From Myxococcales bacterium (lineage in GTDB: Bacteria; Myxococcota_A; Polyangia; Polyangiales; Polyangiaceae): a stretch of 64,000 nt of DNA. Position numbers and translations under genes: made by a program. The number at the start of each line of letters is the position of its first letter. The stretch's first letter is position 1. Below, one piece after another: positions 30,170-41,504 of the stretch. A model generated the notes under the pieces. It searched no databases. It was given only the letters and a program-made list of their open reading frames with translations, and had not been told where the DNA came from. The stretch covers positions 1 to 64,000 of the forward strand of contig JAYTOU010000038.1 of the NCBI GenBank assembly GCA_043747615.1, in the 5' to 3' direction.

Positions 30170-31066
30170 ATGGCTTCTACTCTGCTCCTCCCTGTGGCTT
30201 TTGCGGCATGCGCGATCGGATGCGCAGCGGGGTGCGGAGGCGCGTCAGCTACGCCCGCAGAGCCGAGCGACGTCGACCGCCCGATGAACGCCGAGGTCGC
30301 CGAACTCGAGATCAGCTCGAGCAACGTCGACCGCTTTGCGTGGTGCCCGCCCCCGGGTGAGCTCGGGCAAGGCTGGATCCCGCCGCTCTCACCGTGGACT
30401 CCACCCGCTGCGGCGAAATCCACGGAGCCGCTCTCGCCTGGACCCGGCTATTCGCGCGGCGTCACTCCGACCGAGCGCGCCATCGCCGACACGCTCCCCG
30501 CCTTTCGCAGCTGCTACCGCCACAGTCTCTTGAAGGACGCGACGCAAGACGGTCACGTCGCGATCGTCGCCAGGGTGATGGCGGACGGCCGGGTCGCGAA
30601 GGTCGAAACCTACGCGGGGTGCGATCTCTCCAGTCAGGCCATCGCTTGCATGATGGACGCGACGCAGCGACTCCGCTTCGACCCACCCGCCGAAGGGAGC
30701 GCGACGGTCGTGATTCCTGCGGTGTTTGCGCCTCGATCGGGCCATGCACACCACGAGCCGTCGCCGAACGACGTCTACACGGCCTCCGCATTTCTCACAG
30801 TCGAGTCTGCGCGCCCGGCGCTCCACGCGTGCGAAGAGCACGCTCGCCACGCGGGCAAACCGGTAGAAGCGGCGGGAACGTTTTCGCTCGAGCTCGATTC
30901 GCGCGGCAAAGTCACTAAGCAGCACGTCGATCCCTGGAAGGGCGATCAAGAGCTACTCACGTGCGCGGCTTCGGTGGTCGAAAAGCTGCAGTTCTCCCCC
31001 CCCGCTGGCGGAAAAGGAAACTTGATCGCCCGTTTCATTTTCAATCCTCGCGCCGGGTCGAAGTAA
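30170..31066 (+). CDS. Lipoprotein with two AgmX/PglI (TonB C-terminal-like) domains
   Basis: Signal peptide with Cys; two repeats of C-Y/E...G...G.V...C...F.PP. Confidence 0.65.
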   Translation: MASTLLLPVAFAACAIGCAAGCGGASATPAEPSDVDRPMNAEVAELEISSSNVDRFAWCPPPGELGQGWIPPLSPWTPPAAAKSTEPLSPGPGYSRGVTPTERAIADTLPAFRSCYRHSLLKDATQDGHVAIVARVMADGRVAKVETYAGCDLSSQAIACMMDATQRLRFDPPAEGSATVVIPAVFAPRSGHAHHEPSPNDVYTASAFLTVESARPALHACEEHARHAGKPVEAAGTFSLELDSRGKVTKQHVDPWKGDQELLTCAASVVEKLQFSPPAGGKGNLIARFIFNPRAGSK

Positions 31067-31073
31067 GCCACCC

Positions 31074-32924
31074 ATGACGGCGCTCCGATCGCCGTGCGCG
31101 GTCGTGATCCCGTTCGGAGTTCCGGCGAGCGGGTCTGGTCTCGGCGTAGGGTTGGCCGCGCTTCTCCATTCGTGCTCGCAGATTCACGGAGAACAAATCG
31201 CGCTCGCGCAGCTGTTTGCGCGCCCGTCCGATGGTTCCCCGAGCAACAGCCCTACGCCCGTGGAGACTCACCTGTTTCCAAGGGCTTGGCGCGATCTCGT
31301 GGCGGGCGGAAACGCTCCCCCGAATGTTCCGGTGGTGGTCACCGGAGCCTTCGAGCCGCCCGGAGATGGTCCGGGGCTCATTCACCTCGTGGCCTTCGAC
31401 GGCACTTCAGGGGAGCTGCGGGCGCGGGTCGAAGCGCACCTCGATGCACGCTCGGCGGGTGCGACGATCGTCGAAGCGTTCAGGGAGCTCTGCGGATCGG
31501 TCGACGGTGACATCGGGTCGTTCCACGAGATCGGCGAGCTCGGGTGGGACTCGCTGGAGAGTGTGCTCCGCGCCGAGAGGTGCGTGCTCGTCGATCCCGT
31601 TCGTGGCGGGCCTCACGATCGCCTGGCGGCGATGGCCCACCTTGGAAGAGCCATCGGCGACTCGCCGGGCGCGCGTTTTCCAGCGGGACGTCTGGCCGCG
31701 TTGGCGATCGACACGGCGGTCGGTAGTTTCTCTAGTGCTCGACTCACCGAGGCGGCTCTCCGCGCGCTGACCCGAGCGACGGAGGACGCGCCCGGTCAGG
31801 CGGATCTGCTCGAGGCCACCGCAGCGCTCTACGGTTACTTGGGAAATCCCGTGGAAGCGGAGGCGCGGGCGCTCGACGCGCTTGGTGCATCTCCGGATCG
31901 GAGCCGTCTCTACGTCGTCCTGTCGGAGTCGCGCCGCGTGCGCGGAGATCTCGAGGGAGCGCTCGCTGCCCTCGATTGCGGGATGGCGCGGCCGCCACAA
32001 ACGAACGAGCTTGCGCGCATGAACGAAGCCATCCTCCTCACGGAGCGCGGCCTCGTCCTCGCCGCTCAAGGAGAGCACGATGCCGCCGAGAATGCGTGGC
32101 GAGAGGCGATGACGCGTGATCCTTCGCGGTCGCCGGCGTTCATGCACCTCGCTTCGCTCGCTGTTCAGCGTGAGGACGGTAATGCGGCGACGGCGCTCGT
32201 CGATCATGCGCTTGCTGCGCGTTCGTCGCATCCGGAAATCGTGCGCCGGGCGATCGCATTGGCCATGACTGCGGAGAGCGAGGGTCTCGCGCGTGCGGCA
32301 CGGATCGCGGCGCTCGCGAGGAAGCTCATGGAGCGCGTTCCGGGTGACGCGTGGGGAGCGCTGATGCTGGGGCGGGCGCTTTCACAGCTCGGTGATCGGC
32401 AAGAGGCGATTCACTACCTGACCCAAGCCGAGAGGCGCGCACCGGCGACCGCAGTTGCCGCCGAAGCTGAGCGTGCTCGCTTCACCCTCGAGGAGCCGCA
32501 AGCCTCGATGGAGCTCGACGCGGTGATGCGGGCCGTGTTCCAAGTCCCGGTCGCGGACTTGCCATGGATCATCGCGCGGGCCAGACGCCTGGCCGACACC
32601 TACGATCTCTGGCTGCCGCACTTTGCGCTGGGGATCGCGGCGCGGAGACGAAAAGCGTGGACCTCCGCGCGGAAATCGTTCGATGTGACGGTCGCGCGCG
32701 TTCCTGGATTTGCGCCCGTTCACGCAGAGCTCGCCAGCGTCTGCCGCGCCCTGCATGATCTTCCCGCGGCGCTCACGCATGCCGAGCGGGCGCTCGAGAT
32801 CGAGCCAGCGAACGAAGCCCACGTGGCACTCGTCGCAGCGGTCCGCGCCGCCGTCGCGCTCCCTCCGGTTTCTCCTTCGGCGTTCGAGCGGGTGTCCGAG
32901 TTTTTCCGAAAACGTTCGACGTAG
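31074..32924 (+). CDS. TPR-repeat protein
   Basis: Multiple Ala-rich TPR-like repeats after an alpha/beta N-terminal domain. Confidence 0.75.
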   Translation: MTALRSPCAVVIPFGVPASGSGLGVGLAALLHSCSQIHGEQIALAQLFARPSDGSPSNSPTPVETHLFPRAWRDLVAGGNAPPNVPVVVTGAFEPPGDGPGLIHLVAFDGTSGELRARVEAHLDARSAGATIVEAFRELCGSVDGDIGSFHEIGELGWDSLESVLRAERCVLVDPVRGGPHDRLAAMAHLGRAIGDSPGARFPAGRLAALAIDTAVGSFSSARLTEAALRALTRATEDAPGQADLLEATAALYGYLGNPVEAEARALDALGASPDRSRLYVVLSESRRVRGDLEGALAALDCGMARPPQTNELARMNEAILLTERGLVLAAQGEHDAAENAWREAMTRDPSRSPAFMHLASLAVQREDGNAATALVDHALAARSSHPEIVRRAIALAMTAESEGLARAARIAALARKLMERVPGDAWGALMLGRALSQLGDRQEAIHYLTQAERRAPATAVAAEAERARFTLEEPQASMELDAVMRAVFQVPVADLPWIIARARRLADTYDLWLPHFALGIAARRRKAWTSARKSFDVTVARVPGFAPVHAELASVCRALHDLPAALTHAERALEIEPANEAHVALVAAVRAAVALPPVSPSAFERVSEFFRKRST

Positions 32925-32928
32925 TGGG

Positions 32929-33615
32929 CTAACGGGATCCGCGCGCGCCGAAGATCGCCGTGCCCACGCGCACCAGCGTCGCTCCCGCGGCGACGGCGAT
33001 CTCGAGATCGTCGGACATCCCCATCGAGAGCTCGGGAAGGAGACTCACCCCACCGTGAAGGTTGCGAAGCGAGGCCAAGGTCTCGAACGCTTGGCGAGCG
33101 GCGTCATCATCTGCGGCGGGAGGCACGGTCATCAATCCGCGAACCAGCAAGGACGGCTGGTCTGCGATCGCCGCCATCACGTCGGCGATCTCGCTGGGTG
33201 CCGCTCCGTGCTTCTGCGGCTCACCGCTGACGTTCACCTCGATGAGCACGGGAAGCGGCGGGTGCGTGGCCGTCGCTCTGCGTCGTCCGAGCTCGCGTGC
33301 AAGCCCAACGCTGTCCACGGTGTGAACGACGTGCGCGTGCTTGGCGATGATCTTCGCTTTGTTGCTCTGAAGATGGCCGATGAAGTGCCATTCGATCCCT
33401 GGCAGATCGCCGAGCAGCGCGGCTTTTTCGCCGAGCTCTTGTGCGTAGTTCTCTCCGAATGCGCGCTGCCCCGCGGCGTACGCCTCGCGCACGGCGTCGG
33501 CGCTCTTCGTCTTGGAGACGGCCACCAGCTTCACCGCAGCGGGATCGCGGCCCACGACACGCGCGGCTTCGTCGATTCGTCGCCTCACCGCGGTGAGCGC
33601 GCTGGCGATACTCAT
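32929..33615 (-). CDS. yggS: PLP homeostasis protein YggS
   Basis: LVAVSKT, FGENY, WHFIGHLQSNK, LSMGMS.D, RVGTAIFG; ATG 33615 overlaps the upstream TGA. Confidence 0.95.
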   Translation of the reverse strand: MSIASALTAVRRRIDEAARVVGRDPAAVKLVAVSKTKSADAVREAYAAGQRAFGENYAQELGEKAALLGDLPGIEWHFIGHLQSNKAKIIAKHAHVVHTVDSVGLARELGRRRATATHPPLPVLIEVNVSGEPQKHGAAPSEIADVMAAIADQPSLLVRGLMTVPPAADDDAARQAFETLASLRNLHGGVSLLPELSMGMSDDLEIAVAAGATLVRVGTAIFGARGSR

Positions 33616-34424
33616 CACTCCGTCCAACCGCGGCGAACGCGCGCTTGCCACACCATCACGTCGCAGCCTGGGCCAAGCGGCCCACCGTGAAAGTCGCCGT
33701 GCAGCGTCTCCACTTCGAAGCCGTTGTAGTGAAGGAGCGCCTCCCACTCGCGCGGAAAAAACTGACGGTGCGCGAGCGGCGTAGTCCAGGCTTTTTCCGG
33801 CGCGTCGACGGGCTCGAACTCCATGGACACGAAGAGGATCTGTCTCGCTGCGTCGTAGTCGAAGTGCTCGCGATAGCGGACGACTGCGTCGATCGAGGGA
33901 TGGCGAAAGCGGGGGGCGTTGTAGGCGCGCTCCGGATCGCGCGTGAGATCGACGAGCTGCGGAACGGAGAGGTCGACCACGAACCGGCCACCGGGCGCGA
34001 GGTGGTGACGAACGCCGGCGAGAAAATGCTCCACGTCGTCGCGCGTGTAGAGGTGGAGCGCCGCATTGAAGGGGCACGTTACGAGCGGAAAGCGCTGGCG
34101 GAGTCGCCCGGTGCGCATGTCCGCTTTGTGAATCCGCACCCGCCGCCGGATCTCGGGGGACTCTTCTTTTAGCCGCGCACGCAGATCGGCGAGCATCGGG
34201 TCGGAGTGATCGATTCCGGTAACCTCGACGCCATGGCGCGCCGTAGGAAGCGCGATGCGACCGTTGCCGATCCCGTACTCGAGAACGGGCCCGCCATTTT
34301 TCTGAGCAAGGCCCACGTAAAATTGCACGTCGTCGATGCGACGGCGGTAGGTCGACGTGTAGTACTGAGCGTCGTCGTAATGAGCGAGAGCCCCCGCTTG
34401 GAGCTCCCGGTCGACCTTGGTCAA
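33615..34424 (-). CDS. Class I SAM-dependent methyltransferase
   Basis: VLEYGIGNGRI motif I, GIDHS, ADMR, LAPGGRF. Confidence 0.88.
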   Translation of the reverse strand: MTKVDRELQAGALAHYDDAQYYTSTYRRRIDDVQFYVGLAQKNGGPVLEYGIGNGRIALPTARHGVEVTGIDHSDPMLADLRARLKEESPEIRRRVRIHKADMRTGRLRQRFPLVTCPFNAALHLYTRDDVEHFLAGVRHHLAPGGRFVVDLSVPQLVDLTRDPERAYNAPRFRHPSIDAVVRYREHFDYDAARQILFVSMEFEPVDAPEKAWTTPLAHRQFFPREWEALLHYNGFEVETLHGDFHGGPLGPGCDVMVWQARVRRGWTE

Positions 34425-34438
34425 AGGTCGGGCTCGGG

Positions 34439-34681
34439 TCAGGTCAGGCCGGCTTTACGCTGCGACTCGATCCACTCCTGGACTGCCTCGTGGCTGCTCC
34501 GATCGAAGTGCACGCGACCTGCCGCGATCTCGCGAAGGGCCGTGACGGCCGCCTTGTTCTTCGAATGGACCAGGGGGGTTGCACCCTTCATCAGCTGACG
34601 CGTACGGTGCGCGGCTAGGACGACGAGAGCAAAACGGTTTTCCTCGCGCTCGAGGCAATCTTCAACGGTGACGCGGGCCAT
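34439..34681 (-). CDS. rpoZ: RNA polymerase omega subunit
   Basis: MARVTVEDC...[14 protein letters not shown]...[16 protein letters not shown]. Confidence 0.96.
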   Translation of the reverse strand: MARVTVEDCLEREENRFALVVLAAHRTRQLMKGATPLVHSKNKAAVTALREIAAGRVHFDRSSHEAVQEWIESQRKAGLT

Positions 34682-34869
34682 CTTTGTAAACTCCTAGCCG
34701 ACCTTCGGAAGGCTGTGCCGCGTGATTCGCATCACGCGGTCTAATTGCGGAAACGGGAGAGGCACCTTAGTTCCGTGGGGCACGAAGGGCAAGCTGCCGT
34801 GCCGTCAAGAGGCAAAATCCCCTCGATTTGGCCTAACGCGGGCCCGTTCGAAGTGCGACATTGGCTGGC

Positions 34870-35760
34870 ATGGCTTCCGACAACAAGGATCGCGACATCG
34901 GGAAGCTGATCAAGGACAAGTGGCGTATCGACGCCCGTCTTGGCGAAGGCGGAACAGCGATCGTGTACGCCGCCACCCACCGCAACGGAGGCAAGGTGGC
35001 CATCAAAGTCCTCCGCCCCGAGATCGCGCGAACCAGCGATTTCAAGGTCCGCTTTCTTCGCGAGGGCTACGCCGCGAACGCCATCAAGCACCGCGGCGTC
35101 GTCCGGGTGCTCGACGACGACGTCATGGACGACGGCTCCGTTTTCTTGGTGATGGATATGCTCGAGGGCGAATCCCTCTCGGTCCGCGCCGCCGCCCGTG
35201 GAGGGGCGATTCCGCTCGAGGAGATGCTGCCCATCGCAGACAAGCTCCTCGAAATCCTCACCGCCGCCCACGCGCAGCACATCGTTCACCGTGACATCAA
35301 ACCTGACAACGTCTTCCTCACTCACGACGGCGACTTACGCGTCCTCGACTTTGGGCTTGCGCGGATGAAGCCCCTCGTCGAGGCGTTCAAGCTCGAGGCC
35401 ACCGGTACGGGTGTCGTCCTCGGGACGCTCGATTACATGTCGCCGGAGCAAGCGCGCGCCGAGAACACCGAGGTCGACGAGCGCTCGGATCTCTGGGCGG
35501 TGGGTGCAACGATTTACACGATGCTCTCGGGCCGCCGGGTGCACTCCGGAAAAATGATGCACGAGTACCTCGTCGCCACGGCCAACGAGACGCCCCGTTC
35601 TCTGGCCGTGATGGCGCCGCACGTTCCGGCCGAGGTGGTGGCGGTCGTCGATCGCGCGCTCGCTCTCGCGAAGGATCATCGCTGGTCGACGGCGAGGGAA
35701 ATGCAACAAGCGTTGCGGGCCGCTCATCCCTCGGCGGCGCTCGCTCTCACGCCGTTCTGA
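34870..35760 (+). CDS. Ser/Thr protein kinase (kinase domain only)
   Basis: GEGGTAIVY, VAIK, HRDIKPDN, DFG, SPE. Confidence 0.93.
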   Translation: MASDNKDRDIGKLIKDKWRIDARLGEGGTAIVYAATHRNGGKVAIKVLRPEIARTSDFKVRFLREGYAANAIKHRGVVRVLDDDVMDDGSVFLVMDMLEGESLSVRAAARGGAIPLEEMLPIADKLLEILTAAHAQHIVHRDIKPDNVFLTHDGDLRVLDFGLARMKPLVEAFKLEATGTGVVLGTLDYMSPEQARAENTEVDERSDLWAVGATIYTMLSGRRVHSGKMMHEYLVATANETPRSLAVMAPHVPAEVVAVVDRALALAKDHRWSTAREMQQALRAAHPSAALALTPF

Positions 35761-35800
35761 GGATGCTCCGCCTTACGTGGGTGGGGCGAGCGGCATCGAG

Positions 35801-35891
<91 letters not shown>

Positions 35892-36006
35892 CGAAGGGGC
35901 ACGACCCTAGCCGAACTTGCGCCGCGGCGCCACGCTCACCACGCCGTCGCTCGCCGCCGAACGCACAGATCCCCTGTGCGCACAGTCCTGTGCGTATGGT
36001 GAGCGC

Positions 36007-37050
36007 ATGAACGAAGCGACTTTCCCGGTCCACAGCACGGATCCGGGCCACGTGCCGATCGAGCGCCCGAACTTGCCGCAGCGCATCGCGCTCGGTGCGA
36101 TCAACGATCCGCGTGATGTCCCGTTCGTGCAATTGATCGTCGTGCTCACGGTCGTCATGTGGCCGTCGGCGATCTACCTGGCGTGGCCGGGGAACTTCCG
36201 CTGGTGGCTCGCGGTGCCGTACTTCGTGATGTTCGTGTTCTTCCTCGGGCCGTTCATCCTCATGCTGCACAACACCTGCCACCGAAAGCTCTTCAACAAG
36301 CGGTTCGCGTGGATGAACGCGTACATCCCGTGGGTGCTTGGTCCGCTTTTCGGCGAATCTCCGGAGACGTACAACGCGCACCACGTCGGGATGCACCACA
36401 CCGAGAACAATCTCGACGACGATCTCAGCTCGACGATGCGCTTTCAGCGAGATAGCTTCTTCGATTTCTCACGGTATTTCGTGCGGTTTTTTACGATCGG
36501 CCTGGGCGAGCTCATCACGTACTTTGCGCGTCGCCGTCGCTACGTGCTCATGCGCCGGACGATCATCGGCGAGCTGTCGTTCTTCGTCGCCACGGCCGCG
36601 CTCTTCTACGTGAGCTGGCGCGCCGCTCTCGTGATTCTCGTGATCCCTTTCGTGGTCACTCGGTTCGCCATGATGGCCGGCAACTGGGCGCAGCACGCGT
36701 TCATCGACGCCGCTTCGCCCGAGAACAATTACCGCAACAGCATCACGTGCATCAACACCACGTACAACGAGCGCTGCTTCAACGACGGCTATCACATCGG
36801 CCATCACTTGAAGCGGACCCAGCACTGGACGGAGATGCCGGGCGAGTTCAACACCAACAGCGCCGAGTACCTCGCCGAAGGAGCGATTGTCTTTCAAGGT
36901 GTCGACTTCTTCGTGGTGTGGATCTTCCTGATGCTCAAACGCTACGACTGGCTCGCGGCGCGCTTCGTTCGTCTTGGTGATGACCGCCGAACCCCGGCGG
37001 AGATCGATGCCTTTCTTCGCGTCCGCACCCAGCGGATCGTTGCGGCTTAA
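36007..37050 (+). CDS. Membrane fatty-acid desaturase family protein
   Basis: His boxes HNTCH, HVGMHH and HIGHH; TM segments. Confidence 0.88.
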   Translation: MNEATFPVHSTDPGHVPIERPNLPQRIALGAINDPRDVPFVQLIVVLTVVMWPSAIYLAWPGNFRWWLAVPYFVMFVFFLGPFILMLHNTCHRKLFNKRFAWMNAYIPWVLGPLFGESPETYNAHHVGMHHTENNLDDDLSSTMRFQRDSFFDFSRYFVRFFTIGLGELITYFARRRRYVLMRRTIIGELSFFVATAALFYVSWRAALVILVIPFVVTRFAMMAGNWAQHAFIDAASPENNYRNSITCINTTYNERCFNDGYHIGHHLKRTQHWTEMPGEFNTNSAEYLAEGAIVFQGVDFFVVWIFLMLKRYDWLAARFVRLGDDRRTPAEIDAFLRVRTQRIVAA

Positions 37051-37084
37051 ATAAAAACGGGACGACCCTTTTGGGATCGTCCCG
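37051..37084 (-). terminator. Intrinsic terminator for the minus-strand lipoprotein gene
   Basis: Hairpin CGGGACGA-CCCTTTTGGG-A-TCGTCCCG flanked by an A-run, which is a U-tract on the minus strand. Confidence 0.7.
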
Positions 37085-37143
37085 CGTCTGAGTCGCCTAG
37101 TCGGATGGCCACTCGCCTCCCGTGAGGCGAGTGACGCGAACGC

Positions 37144-38043
37144 TCACTTGGCCTTGTCGCGACAGACGATGTGCGTCTTCTTACCGAAGGGCGTACCCGC
37201 GTCGGATCCGCCCGTGATGTAGAGCTCGCAGTCCTTGTCCGTGTCGCAGCCCGTGTACGTGCACACGTTCGAGATGCACGAGTAGAAGGAGTACTCCTTG
37301 GGGTTGCCGCACTCGAGGTCGGTCTGGCAAGGGACCGTGCACTTCGTGTCCTTGCCGCACTTTGCTTCGACGTTCTTCGTTGCCGCGACGCACTCGCGAT
37401 CCGACTTGCAGCCCGAAGCCGCGCATTTGCCGTCGGTGCAGCGCTCGAATCCGGCGCAGTCGCCGTCACCCTGGCAGGGGGGCTGGCACTCGCCGACGCT
37501 GGTATTGCAGGTGTCGCCGGAGCGGCAGTCTGCGTCCGTCAGGCAGAGGGAGCACTGACCGCTCGCGCATTTGTACGGACCGGTCGTCGATCCGCCATTG
37601 CAGTCGGGGTCGGTGTTGCAGTGGCTGTGGCACGCGCCGTTATCGCAGGAGAACTTGGAGCCGTCGCACTGGCAGTACTGCTTGTACTCGTTGCAGGAGA
37701 AACTCATTGGGCCGCCGGTCATGCACTGCATGTTCAAAGACACGCAATCGATCCCGGTGGGGACGGTGGGGCAGCAGTCGACGGGCTGCGCGCAGGCGAT
37801 GATCGCGCACTCCTTGGCCGTCGCGGCGACGTGGAACACGCCAACGACGCAGATGCCTCCGTTACCGGAGGGGGCCGGCACGCAAGAGAGCGGGCTCGAA
37901 CAGTCGGACGTGGTCTGACACTCTTCGCCCTTTTGCGACGCACGCACCACAGGATCACTTTTGCAACCGCCGAGCACCGTGCTCACCGATGCCACCATGA
38001 TGGTGAGGAGGAGCGCCCAGGAAAAAACGGTAGTCTTCTTCAT
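37144..38043 (-). CDS. Very Cys-rich lipoprotein with tandem small disulfide repeats
   Basis: Lipobox LGGC; repeated C.TD.DC...C...C units. Confidence 0.85.
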   Translation of the reverse strand: MKKTTVFSWALLLTIMVASVSTVLGGCKSDPVVRASQKGEECQTTSDCSSPLSCVPAPSGNGGICVVGVFHVAATAKECAIIACAQPVDCCPTVPTGIDCVSLNMQCMTGGPMSFSCNEYKQYCQCDGSKFSCDNGACHSHCNTDPDCNGGSTTGPYKCASGQCSLCLTDADCRSGDTCNTSVGECQPPCQGDGDCAGFERCTDGKCAASGCKSDRECVAATKNVEAKCGKDTKCTVPCQTDLECGNPKEYSFYSCISNVCTYTGCDTDKDCELYITGGSDAGTPFGKKTHIVCRDKAK

Positions 38044-38322
38044 GTTTGGTTCTCGAAGTAAAAGTTGGCCGTCGTTAAGCCGCCAAGGCCACGTGCCGGG
38101 GGGAAAGGCGGTTGGAGAGCGCCTGCGGAATTTGACCGCAAACGCACTTCCAGCCCCTCATACGCTGCCGATGCTCGAACCCTTCCCCAGAAAACATGAC
38201 CCAACGGAGCCCTCGATCAGCGCGGAAATTAGCACCCAGCGCGACTGAAGGGAAGAATCCGAAGTTTTAGGGGCGACGCGCTTTCGAACCTCTCCGGCCA
38301 CCCCCCTCATTCGCCGCGACGC

Positions 38323-41199
38323 TCAGCGCTGCTCTTCGTAGGCCTCGATCGGCAGGCACGTGCACACCAGGTTTCGATCACCGAGTGCGTTGTTCAGGCG
38401 CCCAACCGGCGGCCAGAACTTTCGTTCTCTCGTCCACTTCGCGGGAAACGCGGCCGTTTCACGGGTGTAGGGGTGCGTCCATTCGCTGCTCACGACGGCG
38501 TCGGCAGTGTGCGGCGCGTGCTTGAGGGGGTTGTCATCCCGCGGCGCCTTGCCCTCTTCAATGAGTCGGATCTCTTCGCGGATGAAGATCATCGCGTCGC
38601 AGAAACGATCGATCTCCGCCTTCGATTCGCTCTCCGTGGGCTCGATCATCAGTGTCCCCGGAATGGGGAATGACATCGTCGGCGCGTGAAAGCCGTAATC
38701 CATGAGCCGCTTGGCCACGTCGTCGACCTCGATGCCCGCCGTTTTTTTGAACGGACGCATGTCGAGAATGCACTCGTGGGCCACGCGCCCCTTCTTGCCG
38801 CGGTAGACAACTTGGTAATGCGCGCTCAATCGCTCGGCAATGTAATTGGCATTCAAGATAGCCAGCTTCGTGGCCCGGGTGAGGCCGTCGCCGCCCATCA
38901 TCTGGATATAGGCCCAGCTGATGAGGAGGATGCTCGCGCTCCCCCACGGCGCTGCTGAAATCGAGCCGATTCCGTCTTTGTGACCAAGCGTGATCACGGG
39001 GTGAGTGGGGAGGAATTTCACCAGATGAGCGGCGACGCCAATCGGCCCCATGCCCGGACCGCCGCCGCCATGCGGAATGCAAAATGTCTTGTGCAAATTC
39101 AGATGGCAGACGTCGGCGCCGATGTCTCCCGGGCGGCACAGACCAACCTGCGCGTTCATGTTCGCGCCGTCCATGTACACCTGACCGCCGTTCTCGTGGA
39201 CGATGGCGCAGATGCGCTTGATCTCTTCTTCGAAGACGCCGTGGGTCGACGGGTAGGTGACCATGAGCGCAGCGAGCTTGTCTTTGTGCTCCTTCGCCTT
39301 CGCTTCCAGATCCACCAGATCGACGTTGCCGGACGTGTCGCATTTCACGACCACCACCTCGAGGCCGGCCATCACCGCCGAGGCTGGGTTCGTGCCATGC
39401 GCCGACGAGGGAATGAGGCAGATGGTGCGCTGCAGGTCTCCGCGTTGATGGTGGTACTTGCGAATGACGAGGAGCCCCGAATATTCGCCCTGTGAGCCGG
39501 CGTTCGGTTGGAGCGAGATGCCTGCAAAACCCGTGATTTCCGCGAGCGCGCCCTCGAGCTGCTGAAAGACCTGCTGGTAGCCTTTGGTCTGGGTGAGGGG
39601 GGCGAAGGGGTGGATGCGATTGAATTCCGGCTCGGTGATCGGAATCATCTCCGCCGTCGCGTTCAGCTTCATCGTGCACGAGCCGAGCGGGATCATCGAG
39701 TGGGTGAGGGAGAGATCGCGACCCTCGAGCATCCGCATGTAGCGGAGGATCTCCGTCTCGGAGTGATGCGTGTTGAAGACCGGGTGACGGAGGAAAGACG
39801 TGTGGCGCTGGAGCGGCTTCGGGACCCCAGCGAGGGATTCGACGGCGTCGGGGGAAAGAGCGTGAGACCCGCCAAAGACGCCAACGACTTGTTGCACGTC
39901 GGCGAGAGAGGTCGTCTCGTCCAGGCTGATCCCGATGGTCTCGGCGTCGATCCGGCGGAGATTGATCTGCTTGGCTTCGGCCGCAGTCATCCACGACGAG
40001 ATCTCTGCCGTCGTTCCTTTCACCGCAAGGGTGTCGAACCACGAATCGTTTTTGATCTCGATTTTCAGGCCTTTCAAGCCCGACGCGAGGAGGCTCGTCA
40101 GATCGTGAACCAATCCGGCGATCCCGCGAATGCCTCGCGGTCCGTGGTAGACGGCGTACATGCTCGCGACGACCGCGAGGAGTGCTTGCGCCGTGCAGAT
40201 GTTGCTCGTCGCCTTCTCGCGGCGAATGTGTTGCTCGCGCGTCTGGAGCGCCATGCGGAGCGCGGGCTTTCCTTGGGCGTCCTCCGAGACCCCGATGATC
40301 CGCCCGGGCAGCTTGCGCACGAAGTCAGGCTTGGTGGCGAAGTACGCGGCGTGCGGACCGCCGTAGCCGAGCGGCACTCCGAAGCGCTGCGTATTTCCGA
40401 CAGCCACGTCTGCTCCGAATTCGCCGGGCGGCGTGAGCAGCGCGAGACTCAGGATGTCGGCGGCCACGATGAAGAGCCCGCCTTCGTCATGCACCGCTTG
40501 ACCGAACGCGCGGTAGTCGAGGACGGCGCCGTCGGTCGTTGGGTACTGCACGAGAGCTCCGAAGACTTTCGAGCTCAACGAGGCAAAATCCACGGTGTGA
40601 TGCGCTGCGACGACGACGTCGATTCCGATGGCCTCGGCGCGCGTCTGCACGACGTCGATGGTCTGCGGGTGACACGCCGCTGAGACGAAGAAGACGTTCT
40701 GCGTGTCGCTTCCCCTGAATGCGTAGGCCAGATGCATCGCTTCGGCGGCAGCGGTCGCTTCGTCGAGGAGCGATGCGTTCGCCACTTCGAGGCCTGTGAG
40801 ATCGCTCACCATGGTCTGGAAGTTCAAAAGCGCCTCGAGTCGCCCCTGCGCGATCTCCGCCTGGTACGGCGTGTACTGCGTGTACCACCCCGGGTTCTGC
40901 ACGATGTTGCGGAGGATCACCGGCGGCGTGATGCAGTCCGAGTAGCCCATCCCGATGAGGGAGCGAAACACCTGGTTTTTCGCGCCTAGATCACGGGCAA
41001 GCTCGAGGAGCGCGTGCTCCGTTTTTCCCTCGGGGAGATCGAGCGCGTGCCGAAGCCGGATGGTCTGGGGGATGGTCTCATCGATGAGCGCGTCGAGGGA
41101 GGCGGCCTTCACCTCCCGTAACATCAGAGCGATCTCCTCGGCGTTCGGACCGATATGGCGGTCGACGAAACGATCGGGGTGTTTCAATTGGACGGGCAT
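38323..41199 (-). CDS. gcvP: Glycine dehydrogenase (decarboxylating), single chain
   Basis: [41 protein letters not shown]-Lys LNLHKTF. Confidence 0.98.
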   Translation of the reverse strand: MPVQLKHPDRFVDRHIGPNAEEIALMLREVKAASLDALIDETIPQTIRLRHALDLPEGKTEHALLELARDLGAKNQVFRSLIGMGYSDCITPPVILRNIVQNPGWYTQYTPYQAEIAQGRLEALLNFQTMVSDLTGLEVANASLLDEATAAAEAMHLAYAFRGSDTQNVFFVSAACHPQTIDVVQTRAEAIGIDVVVAAHHTVDFASLSSKVFGALVQYPTTDGAVLDYRAFGQAVHDEGGLFIVAADILSLALLTPPGEFGADVAVGNTQRFGVPLGYGGPHAAYFATKPDFVRKLPGRIIGVSEDAQGKPALRMALQTREQHIRREKATSNICTAQALLAVVASMYAVYHGPRGIRGIAGLVHDLTSLLASGLKGLKIEIKNDSWFDTLAVKGTTAEISSWMTAAEAKQINLRRIDAETIGISLDETTSLADVQQVVGVFGGSHALSPDAVESLAGVPKPLQRHTSFLRHPVFNTHHSETEILRYMRMLEGRDLSLTHSMIPLGSCTMKLNATAEMIPITEPEFNRIHPFAPLTQTKGYQQVFQQLEGALAEITGFAGISLQPNAGSQGEYSGLLVIRKYHHQRGDLQRTICLIPSSAHGTNPASAVMAGLEVVVVKCDTSGNVDLVDLEAKAKEHKDKLAALMVTYPSTHGVFEEEIKRICAIVHENGGQVYMDGANMNAQVGLCRPGDIGADVCHLNLHKTFCIPHGGGGPGMGPIGVAAHLVKFLPTHPVITLGHKDGIGSISAAPWGSASILLISWAYIQMMGGDGLTRATKLAILNANYIAERLSAHYQVVYRGKKGRVAHECILDMRPFKKTAGIEVDDVAKRLMDYGFHAPTMSFPIPGTLMIEPTESESKAEIDRFCDAMIFIREEIRLIEEGKAPRDDNPLKHAPHTADAVVSSEWTHPYTRETAAFPAKWTRERKFWPPVGRLNNALGDRNLVCTCLPIEAYEEQR

Positions 41200-41288
41200 G
41201 GGTCTCCTCGGACGATAGGGTCACTATCTTGCCGGGTGGAGATCGCGCATGCAATGCCAGCTCCGGCGTTCGGTCGTATACTCCGCGA

Positions 41289-41504
41289 ATGCGCGTTCTT
41301 TTCGGGATGATTGCGCTCGCCGCCTTGACCGCCTGCCCGCCGAGCTCTGGAACGGGCTCGAAGGGAAGCCCCTCCGATCCCGTGGCGACGTGCACGAAGG
41401 CGGGCGTCGCCTGCACCTTCAAAGAAGGCAAGCTTGGCCTTTGTGTGGCAGGGACGGAGCCGTGCGACGGCCAAGTCTGCTACGTGTGCCAGTCTCAGCA
41501 CTGA
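41289..41504 (+). CDS. Small Cys-rich lipoprotein
   Basis: MRVLFGMIALAALTAC lipobox; six further Cys in about 55 aa. Confidence 0.75.
   Translation: MRVLFGMIALAALTACPPSSGTGSKGSPSDPVATCTKAGVACTFKEGKLGLCVAGTEPCDGQVCYVCQSQH

Noticed and set aside
41200..41288. Glycine riboswitch upstream of gcvP
   Set aside because: Only about 90 bp to the divergent gene, and no recognisable aptamer motifs
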